Source of the DNA: Nitrospirales bacterium | Lineage (GTDB): Bacteria; Nitrospirota; Nitrospiria; Nitrospirales; UBA8639 | DNA length: 64,000 nt | Assembly (NCBI GenBank): GCA_963555755.3 | Contig: OY820905.2 | Coordinates: 2,176,001-2,240,000, forward strand | Direction of reading: 5' to 3' | Shown here: one piece after another, positions 10,227 through 20,833 of the stretch | Layout of the letters: each line of letters starts with the position of its first letter | How positions within the stretch are numbered: the first letter of the stretch is position 1 | Program-made: the position numbers and the translations under genes | Notes under the pieces: generated by a model | What the model was told of the DNA's origin: nothing | Database searches by the model: none | Seen by the model: the letters and a program-made list of their open reading frames with translations, nothing else

Positions 10227-10405
10227 GGACCTGGGAGAAACTACCTTGGACAATATCGCGCCAAGATTTGGGTCAGATTTGGACGGAACAATTGAGAAAA
10301 ACCCGAGGCATAGCACAGCTATGTTGAGGGTTTTTCGATTGAGGCCCGTTCAAAGATGAGCCGAAGATTGGATGCGAGATGTCCAAGGTAGTCTCTCTCA
10401 GGTCC
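10227..10405. mobile_element. MITE-like repeat family A, copy 2
   Basis: 179 bp, highly similar to 4696-4874, with compensatory TIR changes. Confidence 0.85.
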
Positions 10406-10785
10406 TAAGTATGTTGAGGAGGCCAATCGACCTCGGCCTGACAACCGCAGTAATAACAGGCGATGCGATACCGCCCTCTTCGTCGAGGATTGGGTAACGA
10501 GGTGAACACAATGGGAACCGAATCATGAGGACACACGGGTTGGAGATGAAGGAGGTGCTCATCGATAATAGCTTCGAGTTCTGCCGTCTCCCATGGCTGC
10601 CCGAGTTCTTCAAGTCCTCGCACATGGTCTTCCCATCCACACAGGAGGCATTGCACATGATAGATCTTGACCCGGTCTTGATGGTGAGAGATCTCGACGC
10701 ATTCAACCTGACCCGGGCAAGAAGACGTCTCACAGGTAATCGGTTCATGCTGAAGGGCTTGAATGAAAGACTCAGGAACAACCAT
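10405..10785 (-). CDS. Cys-rich putative zinc-binding protein
   Basis: CxxxxC, CLLC, CPHD and CYYC motifs; AAGGAG RBS upstream. Confidence 0.75.
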   Translation of the reverse strand: MVVPESFIQALQHEPITCETSSCPGQVECVEISHHQDRVKIYHVQCLLCGWEDHVRGLEELGQPWETAELEAIIDEHLLHLQPVCPHDSVPIVFTSLPNPRRRGRYRIACYYCGCQAEVDWPPQHT

Positions 10786-11243
10786 CTCTGAACTCCTTTA
10801 CACCAGCCTCCTATCAATGGTTTGCGTCAGAGTAGGAGGGACAAGCACAACAATAGCTAGACACTCAAAACTTCGAATCGTACATGGAGCCTATCAGATT
10901 TTGGCAACACGGTGAAGCTACCCCGCCCAATGTTGTGGCCTCACTCCCGGAAGACTCCGAAATTCGTGGAGGATAGAGCGAGATACCGTTCTAGGATGGT
11001 GTTGAAAAACTCAAATTACTTAAAAATACCTCGGAATACCACGAGGCAATACTGCCAACGACAATCCGCAGGGTATTCAAAAAGTCCCATCTAGTCCTGA
11101 GCAGAGTCGAAAAAAAAAGGCCGGATTCGTAATGGGTAATGCGTAAGGGGGAAAGAAAGTAGAAGTCAAAACGACTCTTTCGCTTCATGTATCACGCTTC
11201 ACGTTCCCAAAGAACGCCGCTGGCGGACTTTTTCAACGCCCTT

Positions 11244-11435
11244 TTAATTCCGTGACACATCAAAGGCTGCAACACCCTGCTGCTTTCGCTGAACCATGGC
11301 CAAACGCAACCCTTCATACACTTTCAGGGCGCCTTCAGACCAACTCGGGTCAAACTGGGAACCCCGAAATGCAGCTTCGGCGGCTTTCTTTTCATCATAG
11401 GTCAGTGATCGGGATTGTCCAGTTGTCACCTTCAT
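11244..11435 (-). CDS. Small conserved hypothetical protein (63 aa)
   Basis: GAGGAGG RBS; RSLTYDEKKAAEAAFRG motif, which I recall from small Nitrospira proteins; sigma54 site upstream. Confidence 0.75.
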   Translation of the reverse strand: MKVTTGQSRSLTYDEKKAAEAAFRGSQFDPSWSEGALKVYEGLRLAMVQRKQQGVAAFDVSRN

Positions 11436-11520
11436 AGCGTTACCCTCCTCGTAAGATGTGTATGGCCGAGATCATCGTTCCAGTGATGGAAACTTGTGGC
11501 ACCGTTTAGAAAGATGATTA

Positions 11521-11537
11521 AGCAAAGGGCATGCCGG
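11521..11537 (-). promoter_or_regulatory. Putative sigma54 -24/-12 promoter
   Basis: Minus strand CCGGCATGCCCTTTGCT (GG-N10-GC), ~85 bp upstream of ATG 11435. Confidence 0.65.
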
Positions 11538-11653
11538 AAATGACCTGGCTAAGGAACGCAACACAACTCGACAAGATGTCAATCAGAATGCGAAAACGAA
11601 CACCGCACAAGACAAAAAATGAACCGCGTGGCCAATCCACTCCGCACAACAAT

Positions 11654-11760
11654 TGTCAGAAAATTTGACAGGTTGAACTGAGAAATGAGGGGAGGGTAAG
11701 AATTAAAGAGGAGTTTTCAATAGGTTAGACTAATTCCGCTCAGTGTAAAAATTTTCGACA
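11654..11760. promoter_or_regulatory. Two TGT-N11-ACA enhancer-like sites
   Basis: TGTCAGAAAATTTGACA (11654-11670) and TGTAAAAATTTTCGACA (11744-11760). Confidence 0.55.
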
Positions 11761-12223
11761 GTGAATCAGGCCATTGCCAAATTAAGCGTGGGCAGCACTG
11801 CAATTCGACCGACAGAGAGGGCGAGAGGCAACAATTTCGTCTCCAGCTTCCCACTGTTAAATCCCTCGACAGCTTTCGAATGGGGGGATCAAGCAGCCTT
11901 TCCCTTCACATCGTGAAGGTCTTAGCGGCAACCAGGATTATCAACACTCCACATCAAAAAAAAGGGTGTTGGAATTTTCCGCCCCCTTTCTCTAGCGCAG
12001 ACAAACCCAATTTTTTTCATGTGATTTTTTTCACATATGAACTATCAACCAACCACCCAAAAAAGGTTCTCTGAAACCGTTCCCCTAGAGGAGTGTTTCA
12101 CTGAATCACCTACCGCGGCGGCGTGGGCGTTGTTTTTTGGCACAGACCTCCACATTCGCATATTGGTGAGGGTAATTGAAGTTCCTTTGTTTCACGCCAA
12201 ATCCACACACGATGCACACGTGA

Positions 12224-12391
12224 AGCTGCTTCACGTACGAGTTGTTGCGCACCCGAATACCCCACGACGCTACCGAATTCCTTCTACCGACGCCAATTCC
12301 AGAGCCAGCCACCATGGTCCTAATGGGCTCTGGGCTGATGGGTTTGGTCGCCTGGCGTTTGCGGAAAGGACAGCCGAAAACCGACGCATAA
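12224..12391 (+). pseudogene. Orphan PEP-CTERM sorting-signal reading frame (gene remnant or very short protein)
   Basis: Translates ...PTPIPEPATMVLMGSGLMGLVAWRLRKGQPKTDA*; in-frame TGA at 12221 upstream; not in ORF track. Confidence 0.7.
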
Positions 12392-12418
12392 TGTTCCTCC
12401 TCGATGTCTCACCTTAAC

Positions 12419-12458
12419 GGCCTCGTTCACCCAGCAGTGAACGGGGCCGCCTTCTTTT
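12419..12458 (+). terminator. Putative intrinsic terminator
   Basis: ggcctcgttcac-ccagca-gtgaacggggcc hairpin followed by ttctttt. Confidence 0.5.
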
Positions 12459-12703
12459 CGTCAACTGCCTCATGACCCATAACACTCCGACAGCAAGCCC
12501 CAACACCTTTCTGCTTTCGTTTCTAAGTTCAAAACCATCCTGCTTTTCTACGCAGTTCCCTTTAAGCTTTGCTGTCTCAACACCGACAAAATAACAAGAA
12601 GAGAACGGCCTGTTACCTATCCAAACCCAATCAGGAGTTTCGGAAGGTCAGGATTACTGTTCACACAAGATGCCCCGATTCAATGTCCAGGTGAAGATCT
12701 GTA

Positions 12704-13556
12704 ATGAGTACTGAGACAGACGACCAAAATACTCCATCCTCCACAAATCTTGACTCCAAAAATTTAACTAAAGAAGAAATTGCGGCTTCTGGTGAAACGT
12801 CATTGGAAGATGATTGGGCTGCAGCCTTAGCCGAGCAAAGACAGGCAGAAGCCGAGCCGCCCGTGGCGGAAGACACCACATCGGTGAGCAAAACTGAGGC
12901 GCAGCCCGAGGCTGTCTCCAAAAATTCATCCGATGAGGAGGAGCCTCCATCAACTGACGCATCGTTGGAAGATGATTGGACCGCAGTTCTTGAAGATCAG
13001 AAACAACCCCAACCCGAAGCTCAACAGGCAGAGACGGCCCCCACAGAAAATGATCCCGCTTCCGATGACTCAAGCCAAGTCGTGATGGGTTGGCCAAACA
13101 GTGGCTCGGTTCAATCTCAACAAGACCCCACACCGGCTGAGTGGAAACCGACAAGAATCACACCAGCATCAGAACACGATCAGCCGGCAGACTCCTCATC
13201 TCCTGAGGAACAACTCGCCGCGTCTGCGGCATCATCGGCTAAACCTGAACATTCCACAGTACCCGAATCCAGCAACATGCCAGAAACATCGCCACCACCA
13301 GAACTTTCCCTGGCGGCAGCCGCAGCAGAAATTTCTATTCAGGTAGTGATGGAGAGAGCCACTGACGTCTCCGAAGTCATCCAAGACGAACAGGCAAGGG
13401 AACGACTTGAGGCATCTGGCCCCGCATCCGACACAAGCCCCACACAGCCGACGACTGCATCCGCGACCTCGGACAATCTTACAGAAGCAGCGACCGCTCC
13501 AAAAACTCCAGAATGGGATCAAGGCACACACCATCCCGAGCCGCCTCCCCCTGACA
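12704..13556 (+). pseudogene. N-terminal acidic low-complexity part of a YjgN/DUF898 gene interrupted by IS4
   Basis: Removing the IS and one TSD joins ...PPPD to IPAQ... in frame (647 aa in total). Confidence 0.8.
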
Positions 13557-16134
13557 CAATGGCATTCGTTTAAGGAATGGGCGGCATTCGTTTAAGGATT
13601 TGGCTCATTCGTTTAAGAAACGGATTCCATGTGCTTAAGGGACTTTCAGATAGAGGCCATCGACCCTGTGGGGTTCTTGGACTGGCTGTTCTTTTTGGGT
13701 GGATGCCACGTGGACTCCGGTTTCATGGATGTTCGAGGATAGGATCGGCCCGGCCTCACCCGTTGGTAGTGACTCACAATGGACTCGAAGGCCCGTTGGA
13801 CGGCGGTCTGCATCCGAGCATGGAGCACGAGCAGATCTTCGAAGCTTCGCGCAAACACGTGAAGGCAATGTTTGAAGTTGGTCTTGAATGTCCGCCTCGC
13901 CCCGGTGCCGGTTCCAACTATGGACGATCCGGGAGGGGCCATGGGCTCAGCTGCGGGGGCTTCGGGATTGAGTGCGTGGTCCGCCCGATTGGCGAACAGC
14001 CGGTTCATGGTGATCAGGACGAAATGCGCGAAGAGCTCTTGTTTGACGCCGCGCTCGGTTTTGGCATGAAACTCCTCGATGAGGAACAGGCGCTTGCTCA
14101 CCTTGTAGAGTTCCTCGATGCCCCAACGGGCATGGTAGAGATCCATGAACTCCTGGAGCGGATACCGCTGCTGGGGGCCGACCAGGGTGGTGCCCAAGCA
14201 AAATCGGCTGCCGGCCATCTCATATTTCAGAAGCCGCAGGCTCAACGGGATGATGGCGAGATCAGGATAGACCGCCCGGATGTCTCGTTGCGTGCGTGCG
14301 GCGGGGAAGAGGGTGACCGTGGTGTCGGTGTCCGGGCCGGCAAAAAACTCTTGAATCTCCTTGAACCCGCTGTCTTGGAGACGAAACACGGCGTGGATCC
14401 CGGCGGTCCAGTGCTGATGCAGCAGGACGTAGGAGAAATAGCCTCGATCGTACACCACGACATCGTTGGGCTTCAGCACAGCCAGGTGCCGCAGGGCGCA
14501 CCGTCGCTCGTTGCCATGCGCGACGAGGTCGAAATCCCAGGGCACTTGCGACGTGAGGTGGTAGAGGCAACTCAGCAACCCTTGAGGATAGTGTGCATTG
14601 TCAGAGGGCAAGGGGTAGCCACACGCCCGCAACGCGCGGGGCAGTGTAAGCTTGGAGCCATCGACGGCAAACACCCGATGGCCCAACCAGGTGTCGTTGG
14701 AGTCGTGTGGGGCATAGGCGTCCAGAATGTTCCGGTTGACGGACTGGAAAATGGCTTCGTCCAGTTTGCGACGTGCGACACAAAAGGACGCCGGCGCGAT
14801 GCTGTGGGGTTGCGGGAGCGCGAGCGCCAGGTTGTCGCAACTGTCCCACAAGTCATCAATGGTGGTGCCGTAACTTTGGGAGTTGGTTGACGACACCAAC
14901 CGAAAGATCAACAGCATCAGGATCAGGGAATCGATCACCCGTTTCCGGACGCGCCACTGGTCATCGTACTGGGCCGCCACGTCGTGGAGGATGTGGACCA
15001 CCTGTTTCCACCAGGCGACAAACCCTTCCCCGACGGACCGTGTGCGACTGGCTCGCACGTCGTTGCGATAGCGTGTCTTCACCGTGACGGCTCGATGCCC
15101 GGCAGTCAGGCACGCGCGCCAGTCGGGTTGGAGCGGATAGAGAAAAATCTCTTTTGTCGTGGGTGGACGGTCCGACGTTGAGCCAAACCGCCCGCGCCCC
15201 TCGGTGTAGCCCACGAAGTGCCAATTGGCCGCTCGATAACAGGTCCCGGCAAACCGGGAGGGATCGATGAACGTTTCAATCAGCACCGGGCGATAACCGT
15301 AGACTTCAACCCAGTCGTCCCCGATCTGCTTGGTGGCCCGCGCCAGCACATGGCTGGCGAGATTCGGCACGTCAATCCACGGAAAGATCAAAAACCGATC
15401 ATTGCGCAACACCAATGGCAGGAGCTTCCTCCGGTGCGTCACGTCCCAGCCAATCCAGTGATCTCTGGGGGCCAGCGCCCAGGCGGCCGAGGCCGAAAAC
15501 AGCAGACAGCCCAGCGGGTACGGCTGGGCGGCCGATCTCACCAGATAGCCCAGCTGGGCCCCGATCGGGTGTTTATAGCCCAAATAATGATAGGTCTGCA
15601 GGTAGGCTTTCCAGCTCTCGCGTTCCTCTTTCGAGACCACCCGGTGCAGGGTAATTGGGGCCACGGCGGCGAGGGTGTCGGTGAGTGGCTCGGTGGGGGG
15701 CGGCTCGTGAAACGCAGGGATGGGGTGTCCCGGCGCGCGCTTGTGGCGCGTGGCCGGCAGAGTCACGATCCCGTGCGCTTCCAGCTCGGTCAGCAAGGTC
15801 AAACAGGAATGAATCTTGTTGTGGCCCGTCGGCGTGGTCCAGCTGAGATGCTCACAGACGGTGAGGGCCAATTCCTTCCGACTCAGGTGGGGGAACAGCT
15901 GGACGGTTTCTTGGACCTGCGCCAACTGCTTGCGGGTGAACCGCCGCCCGCTAAAGGTCGTCTTGGGTAAGGTGTCCACAGTCTTCATCGAGGATAGTCT
16001 CTCAGAAGACGGAAAAGAAGTCAAGCGAAAAAGGACACCAGGGCGACTTCGGTTCAGAAGCCCTGATCAATCAACCAGTTCCGCTGATAACAGAGAAGGC
16101 AGATTGTTCGTTCGAACCAAACCGAATGCCATTG
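13557..16134 (-). mobile_element. IS4-family insertion sequence (2578 bp)
   Basis: TIR caatggcattcg/cgaatgccattg; 10-bp TSD ccccctgaca at 13547-13556 and 16135-16144; three cattcgtttaag repeats at the left end. Confidence 0.93.
13646..16024 (-). CDS. IS4-family DDE transposase fused to N-terminal DUF4338 (DruA-like) domain
   Basis: YHYLGY, RFLIFPWIDVPNLASHVL, ETFIDPSRFAGTCYRAANW (DUF4338); AVDGS, YDRGY, YHARWGIEELYK (IS4 YREK). Start may be 15988. Confidence 0.88.
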   Translation of the reverse strand: MTSFPSSERLSSMKTVDTLPKTTFSGRRFTRKQLAQVQETVQLFPHLSRKELALTVCEHLSWTTPTGHNKIHSCLTLLTELEAHGIVTLPATRHKRAPGHPIPAFHEPPPTEPLTDTLAAVAPITLHRVVSKEERESWKAYLQTYHYLGYKHPIGAQLGYLVRSAAQPYPLGCLLFSASAAWALAPRDHWIGWDVTHRRKLLPLVLRNDRFLIFPWIDVPNLASHVLARATKQIGDDWVEVYGYRPVLIETFIDPSRFAGTCYRAANWHFVGYTEGRGRFGSTSDRPPTTKEIFLYPLQPDWRACLTAGHRAVTVKTRYRNDVRASRTRSVGEGFVAWWKQVVHILHDVAAQYDDQWRVRKRVIDSLILMLLIFRLVSSTNSQSYGTTIDDLWDSCDNLALALPQPHSIAPASFCVARRKLDEAIFQSVNRNILDAYAPHDSNDTWLGHRVFAVDGSKLTLPRALRACGYPLPSDNAHYPQGLLSCLYHLTSQVPWDFDLVAHGNERRCALRHLAVLKPNDVVVYDRGYFSYVLLHQHWTAGIHAVFRLQDSGFKEIQEFFAGPDTDTTVTLFPAARTQRDIRAVYPDLAIIPLSLRLLKYEMAGSRFCLGTTLVGPQQRYPLQEFMDLYHARWGIEELYKVSKRLFLIEEFHAKTERGVKQELFAHFVLITMNRLFANRADHALNPEAPAAEPMAPPGSSIVGTGTGARRTFKTNFKHCLHVFARSFEDLLVLHARMQTAVQRAFESIVSHYQRVRPGRSYPRTSMKPESTWHPPKKNSQSKNPTGSMASI

Positions 16135-17235
16135 CCCCCTGACATCCCGGCGCAGAACATTGAACACGCCCCAGATCGATTCAGGCGCCCGTTCTTTACA
16201 GGAACCGGGGGTTCGCTGTTTGGCATGTTCACGATGAATACGTTACTCACGCTCCTGACCTTCGGCGTGTATTCGTTTTGGGCTCGAATCAAAATTCGGC
16301 GATACCTCCACAGTCAAACGAAATTTGCTGGCGCTCGGCTGGCCTTTCATGGGACGGGAGGGGAACTGCTGAAGGGATGGATGAAGGCCGTGGCAGTCTT
16401 TGGTATTCCCTACTCAGCCTTAAGCTATGCGGGCATGGTACAATCCGAGGCCATGCTCCAATGGGGTGTGAACATCTTGGCGGGTCTGTTCATCTTGTGC
16501 TTCATTCCCATCGCCATCGTGGGATCACATCGCTATCGCATGAGCCGGACCTCTTGGCGTGGCATTTACTTTTCATTCCGTAACTCTGCCAAAGATTTTT
16601 TCACGCTGTATCTAAAAGGCATGCTCTTTTCGATTTTGACACTGGGGATCTATTACCCGGTTTTCGACAATGCCAAACGAGCCTTTCTCGTGTCAGGAAC
16701 ACATTTTGGCAATCGAGCGTTGGGTTTTGATGGAGAAGCCAAAGAATTAGGATCGATCTATTTCAAGGCCTTCCGGTTATTGATCCTGGGCCTCATCACG
16801 GCAGAGGCAGTCCTGTTGGCCACATCGTTCCTGGCAGGCCAGGCTAACCCGAACCAAGTCATCGATATCGTCTTTTGGACAACGATGGCCATGGTATCGA
16901 CGGTAATCCCTTTTGTCATCGGTAATTGGTTTTGGTTCCAGGCCACCAAACAACGCTATATGTGGAATCATACCACGTTTGGCCCTGCCCGCTTTCACGC
17001 GACCATGACAGGGAAAAGGTTATTCGAATTGAAACTCACCAATCTGTTCCTGTTGATCGGTACCCTCGGACTTGCCTGGCCCTGGGTCCAGACTCGGAAT
17101 CTACAGTTCCTGTATTATCACGTCGGACTCCAAGGCCCATTGAATCTTAAGCAGGTCGTTCAAGAAGCTGGCACCGCCTCGCCCATGGGTGAAGAATTGG
17201 CCGGGTTCTTTGACACAGGGTTTGATCTCGGATAA
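16126..17235 (+). CDS. YjgN/DUF898 inner-membrane domain (C-terminal part of the split gene; the IS end supplies an in-frame ATG)
   Basis: FTGTGG, LLTLLTFGVYSFWARIKIRRYL, FHGTGGEL, TLGLAWPW, GEELAGFFD motifs. Confidence 0.85.
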   Translation: MPLPPDIPAQNIEHAPDRFRRPFFTGTGGSLFGMFTMNTLLTLLTFGVYSFWARIKIRRYLHSQTKFAGARLAFHGTGGELLKGWMKAVAVFGIPYSALSYAGMVQSEAMLQWGVNILAGLFILCFIPIAIVGSHRYRMSRTSWRGIYFSFRNSAKDFFTLYLKGMLFSILTLGIYYPVFDNAKRAFLVSGTHFGNRALGFDGEAKELGSIYFKAFRLLILGLITAEAVLLATSFLAGQANPNQVIDIVFWTTMAMVSTVIPFVIGNWFWFQATKQRYMWNHTTFGPARFHATMTGKRLFELKLTNLFLLIGTLGLAWPWVQTRNLQFLYYHVGLQGPLNLKQVVQEAGTASPMGEELAGFFDTGFDLG

Positions 17236-17468
17236 ACCTTCTTCTCTGTCAGGCAAACCCTTGGTAACTCAGGTATTTAGGCTGAAGGCTATCACTCATT
17301 ATGCATGATTTTTAGATGATCTTGCATAATTGCCCCCTAAAACCTTCAGCCTTCGGCCTTTAGCCTATCCACCTGAGTTCAAAGCATTCATCCTATAGCT
17401 ATTTCAATTCACTTCCGCTCTCTCTGCCTATGGCCAAAGATCTATAGAGTAAATCCAAAGCTCGAATA

Positions 17469-17544
17469 TCGAAATCCGAAACAAATTAGAATGACCAAAT
17501 TGAACCATTCGAATTTTGAATTTTGAATTTGTTTCGGATTTCGA
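17469..17544. repeat. 19-bp inverted repeat within heptamer-rich intergenic DNA
   Basis: tcgaaatccgaaacaaatt (17469-17487) / aatttgtttcggatttcga (17526-17544); a second degenerate IR spans ~17267-17379. Confidence 0.7.
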
Positions 17545-17588
17545 GTTTATTGAACTTATTTGGAATAATACGAGACATTAGGTCACTC

Positions 17589-18728
17589 ATGTCGGCATCC
17601 TCAACATGGCACGGTCAATACTTCGATGGCCAGAGTCCAATCGCTCATCGCGTATCCATAGACATCACTCCGACGGGACTCAGAATTCATGGGACGCCCG
17701 ATAGACCCTGCCTCTGGCCATATACAGAAATCCATCAAACCCAAGGACACTATGAAGGAGAGGAAGTTCGGCTAGAGCGAAGGGATGATCACCACGATCT
17801 GCTAGTCGTGGCTGATGCCAAATTTTTAGTAGCCATTCATCGTCTTGCGCCCGATGAAGTCGGACATCTTCATAACCCGCACACCCGTACTCGCCGCGTC
17901 TGGCTCACCGTCGCCGCGGGACTCTTGGCCATCCCGCTCCTCTGGGTTGTGTACGCAAAAGGGGTCCCGGCCCTTGCCGGACCACTCACCAATCTCATTC
18001 CCTACTCCTGGGAAAATCATTTAGGCGAAGCCCTGATCGAAGAAATAGCTCCATCAGACGAACGGTGCACGGACTCGCGTCTTCTAGAGAAAACCAATAT
18101 TTTGGTCCAAGTCTTAGTATCCACCGTGGAACCGGTCCCATACACGTTTCGCATTGCCATTATCGACAAACCGATTCTTAATGCCCTCGCACTTCCAGGC
18201 GGATACATCGTGGTCTTTCGAGGCCTGCTCGAAAGCACAGAGACCCCGGAGGAGTTCGCTGGCGTGCTGGCTCACGAAATTCAACATGTGCTCCAACGCC
18301 ACAGCATGCGATTGCTCGTGCAAAACATGACGCTTGGCTTGATCATCGGCGCACTCACCGGAGATGTCAGCGGCATCATGGCCTTTGTGTTCGAAGGCGC
18401 GCACGTGCTGCAATCATTGTCCTACAGCCGCTCGGCAGAAGAAGAAGCCGACCGCGAAGGCATGGCCTTACTACTCGCGGCGGGGATCAATCCCAAAGGC
18501 ATGCTCAGTTTTTTTAACTATTTAAAGGAGCAACATGGCGAGAATGACCACGACCCACTATGGCGTTATCTTTCAACCCATCCGACAGCAGGCGACCGGG
18601 TTGAAACACTCCGGGCACAAGCCAAAGCCGCAAGTGAATCTGTGCATAGCCTGTTCCCACTAGACGATTGGCAACACATCACCACACTCTGCCGTGGAGA
18701 CTCTGAGAAGGAAGAAAATCCAAACTAA
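17589..18728 (+). CDS. M48 family metallopeptidase (YjgN partner)
   Basis: NALALPGG, HEIQH zinc motif, YSRSAEEEAD, LSTHP. Confidence 0.92.
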   Translation: MSASSTWHGQYFDGQSPIAHRVSIDITPTGLRIHGTPDRPCLWPYTEIHQTQGHYEGEEVRLERRDDHHDLLVVADAKFLVAIHRLAPDEVGHLHNPHTRTRRVWLTVAAGLLAIPLLWVVYAKGVPALAGPLTNLIPYSWENHLGEALIEEIAPSDERCTDSRLLEKTNILVQVLVSTVEPVPYTFRIAIIDKPILNALALPGGYIVVFRGLLESTETPEEFAGVLAHEIQHVLQRHSMRLLVQNMTLGLIIGALTGDVSGIMAFVFEGAHVLQSLSYSRSAEEEADREGMALLLAAGINPKGMLSFFNYLKEQHGENDHDPLWRYLSTHPTAGDRVETLRAQAKAASESVHSLFPLDDWQHITTLCRGDSEKEENPN

Positions 18729-18745
18729 GGGCCTGTAAAAAAATT

Positions 18746-19286
18746 TACGCTACCCTTTACTTGAAAGAGTTTCCATAAAACTCAATACTCATGCCTGACC
18801 CCAATTCCTGACCCCAATTCCAATTCCTTTTGTCATTTCGACCCCAGGAGAAATCTCTTGTTCGACCACGGGCGCATGTGAAAAGGGGACAGATGTATTT
18901 TCCACGACCAAGACAGAAAATAAAAATGCCACGCAATCTCACAACTGTCGTGTCATGTCGACCCTTGGGAGCATTCTGTGGTACGGCAACGTGGGAGATT
19001 TCTCCCAGAGGTCGAAATGACATACGCTACCCTTTACTTGAAAGAGTTTGCATAAAACTCAATACTCATGCCTGACCCCAATTCCAATTCCTTTTGTCAT
19101 TTCGACCCCAGGAGAAATCTCTTGTTCGACCACGGGCGCATGTGAAAAGGGGACAGATGTATTTTCCACGACCGAGACAGAGAATAAAAGCACCACGCGA
19201 CCTCACGACTGGGGTGTCATGTCGACCCTTGGGAGCAATCTGTGATGTGGCAACGTGGGAGATTTCTCCCAGGGGTCGAAATGACA
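18746..19286. repeat. Tandem ~270-bp duplication, each unit carrying a GTCA-tagged REP doublet
   Basis: acgctaccctttacttgaaagag...tgtcatttcgaccccaggagaaatct...agatttctccca(g)ggtcgaaatgaca present twice. Confidence 0.85.
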
Positions 19287-19421
19287 AAAGAAACAAAATG
19301 ATAAAAGGAACGCATTCCCGACATCCTTCATCGGAAATCCAGTCTTTTCCTTTTGTCATTCTGAGCCATTCGACAAGCTCAGGGCGAACGGTTTATGGCA
19401 ATGGCTTTCTGACTCGGGATA

Positions 19422-20810
19422 CTACGTGCGCAAGGAAATCACGGGATACAACACCATCAAATACACCGCACGTTTGAGACCAAAGTTATATCCGTTGATT
19501 GCGGACAGGAGATACCATCGAATGGCTTGCGAGTACTTCTGCTGCTCCTCATGAATCAATCCAATTTCATAATACGCTCGCTCTCTTCCATTGCGAGATG
19601 CTTTTTTAAACCATTCTAAGGCCTGTTCGACGTCTTTCTCCCCAGCCCATCCTCTCATATAGAACTTACCAAGGCGTTCCTGTGAATAACCATTTCCCAA
19701 CCTTGCGCCTTTGATATACCACTCTTTGGCTTTTGTATAATCTTTTGGAACGCCATTCCCCTTTTCGTATAAATAACCAACTTTCGCTATGGCTTGCTTA
19801 TAGGCTCTGTCCGCAGCGACACGATACCATTTCATCGCTGCTTGGTAATCTTGCTCAACACCTGTGCCGTATTGGAACAGACGACCCAACCGATACTGAG
19901 CCCATCGATGATCCTGCCCGGCAGCCTTTCGGTACAACGAGACTGCTTTCTCCAAATTTATCGGCCTACCCTTACCATTCTCATACATCCAGCCCAACTG
20001 AGCTTGAGCCGGTCCGTAATTGCGATTGGCAGCCAAGCGATACAATCTAAACTGACTTTTCAGGTCTCCCTCTTTTCCAAGCGCAAGGGCCAAATTGTAT
20101 TGTCCAATGGGATAGCCCTGTTCGGCTGCGCGACGATACCAGACAATCTCGGCTTTTGAATTCTTTCTCACACCATTGCCACCCCCAAACATCAACCCCA
20201 AATTATTTTGCGCCACGACATATCCCTGAACCGCGGCCTTTTCATACCAATAACGGGCTTTCCGATAATCCTTTGTGGCAGCGCTCAAATTATAATAAAT
20301 CCAAGCGAGACTACTTTGTGCGTGAGCATCCCCTGATTCCGCTTCTCTTTCAAGCGCAATCAATGTCTGAGACAAAATCTTTGTTCCCTTATCTGAATCC
20401 TTCTCGACTCCAAGCCCCTTATAGAAAGCCTTACCCAACAAAAATTGACCATAGACATCGCCCTGGCGCGCTGAAGCCCGAGTGAAATCCCAACCCTCCC
20501 GATAATCAATTTGAATCCCTAAGCCATTGTTGTACATATCTGCAACGATCGATTGCGCGCGAGGATGGCCATATTCTGCTGCCTTCGATAGCCACACCAA
20601 CGCTTCATCATAATGCTGGGGCATGTCTTGCGCCCAATAATAGCCCAGGCCTTTGGCAAAAAACTGCTCGGCGAGTGCTGGCTTTCCGGTTTCTGCCAGT
20701 ACGGGTGAAAGTCCGACAACGCATAGTTCGAGCATGAGCAGAACGACACAGATAAGGCTCGCTACTCGGAAATGCGTTATTACTGATGAGGAATACCTCT
20801 GTCGTATCAT
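19422..20810 (-). CDS. Sel1/TPR repeat protein, exported
   Basis: Hydrophobic N-terminal segment; multiple AQxxLGxxYxxGxGVxxDxxxAxxWYxxAAxQG repeats. Confidence 0.93.
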   Translation of the reverse strand: MIRQRYSSSVITHFRVASLICVVLLMLELCVVGLSPVLAETGKPALAEQFFAKGLGYYWAQDMPQHYDEALVWLSKAAEYGHPRAQSIVADMYNNGLGIQIDYREGWDFTRASARQGDVYGQFLLGKAFYKGLGVEKDSDKGTKILSQTLIALEREAESGDAHAQSSLAWIYYNLSAATKDYRKARYWYEKAAVQGYVVAQNNLGLMFGGGNGVRKNSKAEIVWYRRAAEQGYPIGQYNLALALGKEGDLKSQFRLYRLAANRNYGPAQAQLGWMYENGKGRPINLEKAVSLYRKAAGQDHRWAQYRLGRLFQYGTGVEQDYQAAMKWYRVAADRAYKQAIAKVGYLYEKGNGVPKDYTKAKEWYIKGARLGNGYSQERLGKFYMRGWAGEKDVEQALEWFKKASRNGRERAYYEIGLIHEEQQKYSQAIRWYLLSAINGYNFGLKRAVYLMVLYPVISLRT

Positions 20811-20833
20811 CGACGCACCATAGCTAAATTATA

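Noticed and set aside
12037..12417. ORF-track calls 12037-12417(+) and 12106-12315(-)
   Set aside because: No motifs; the recognisable signal (PEP-CTERM) is in a different frame
13577..14890. 437-aa plus-strand ORF
   Set aside because: Antisense shadow of the IS4 transposase, no recognisable motifs
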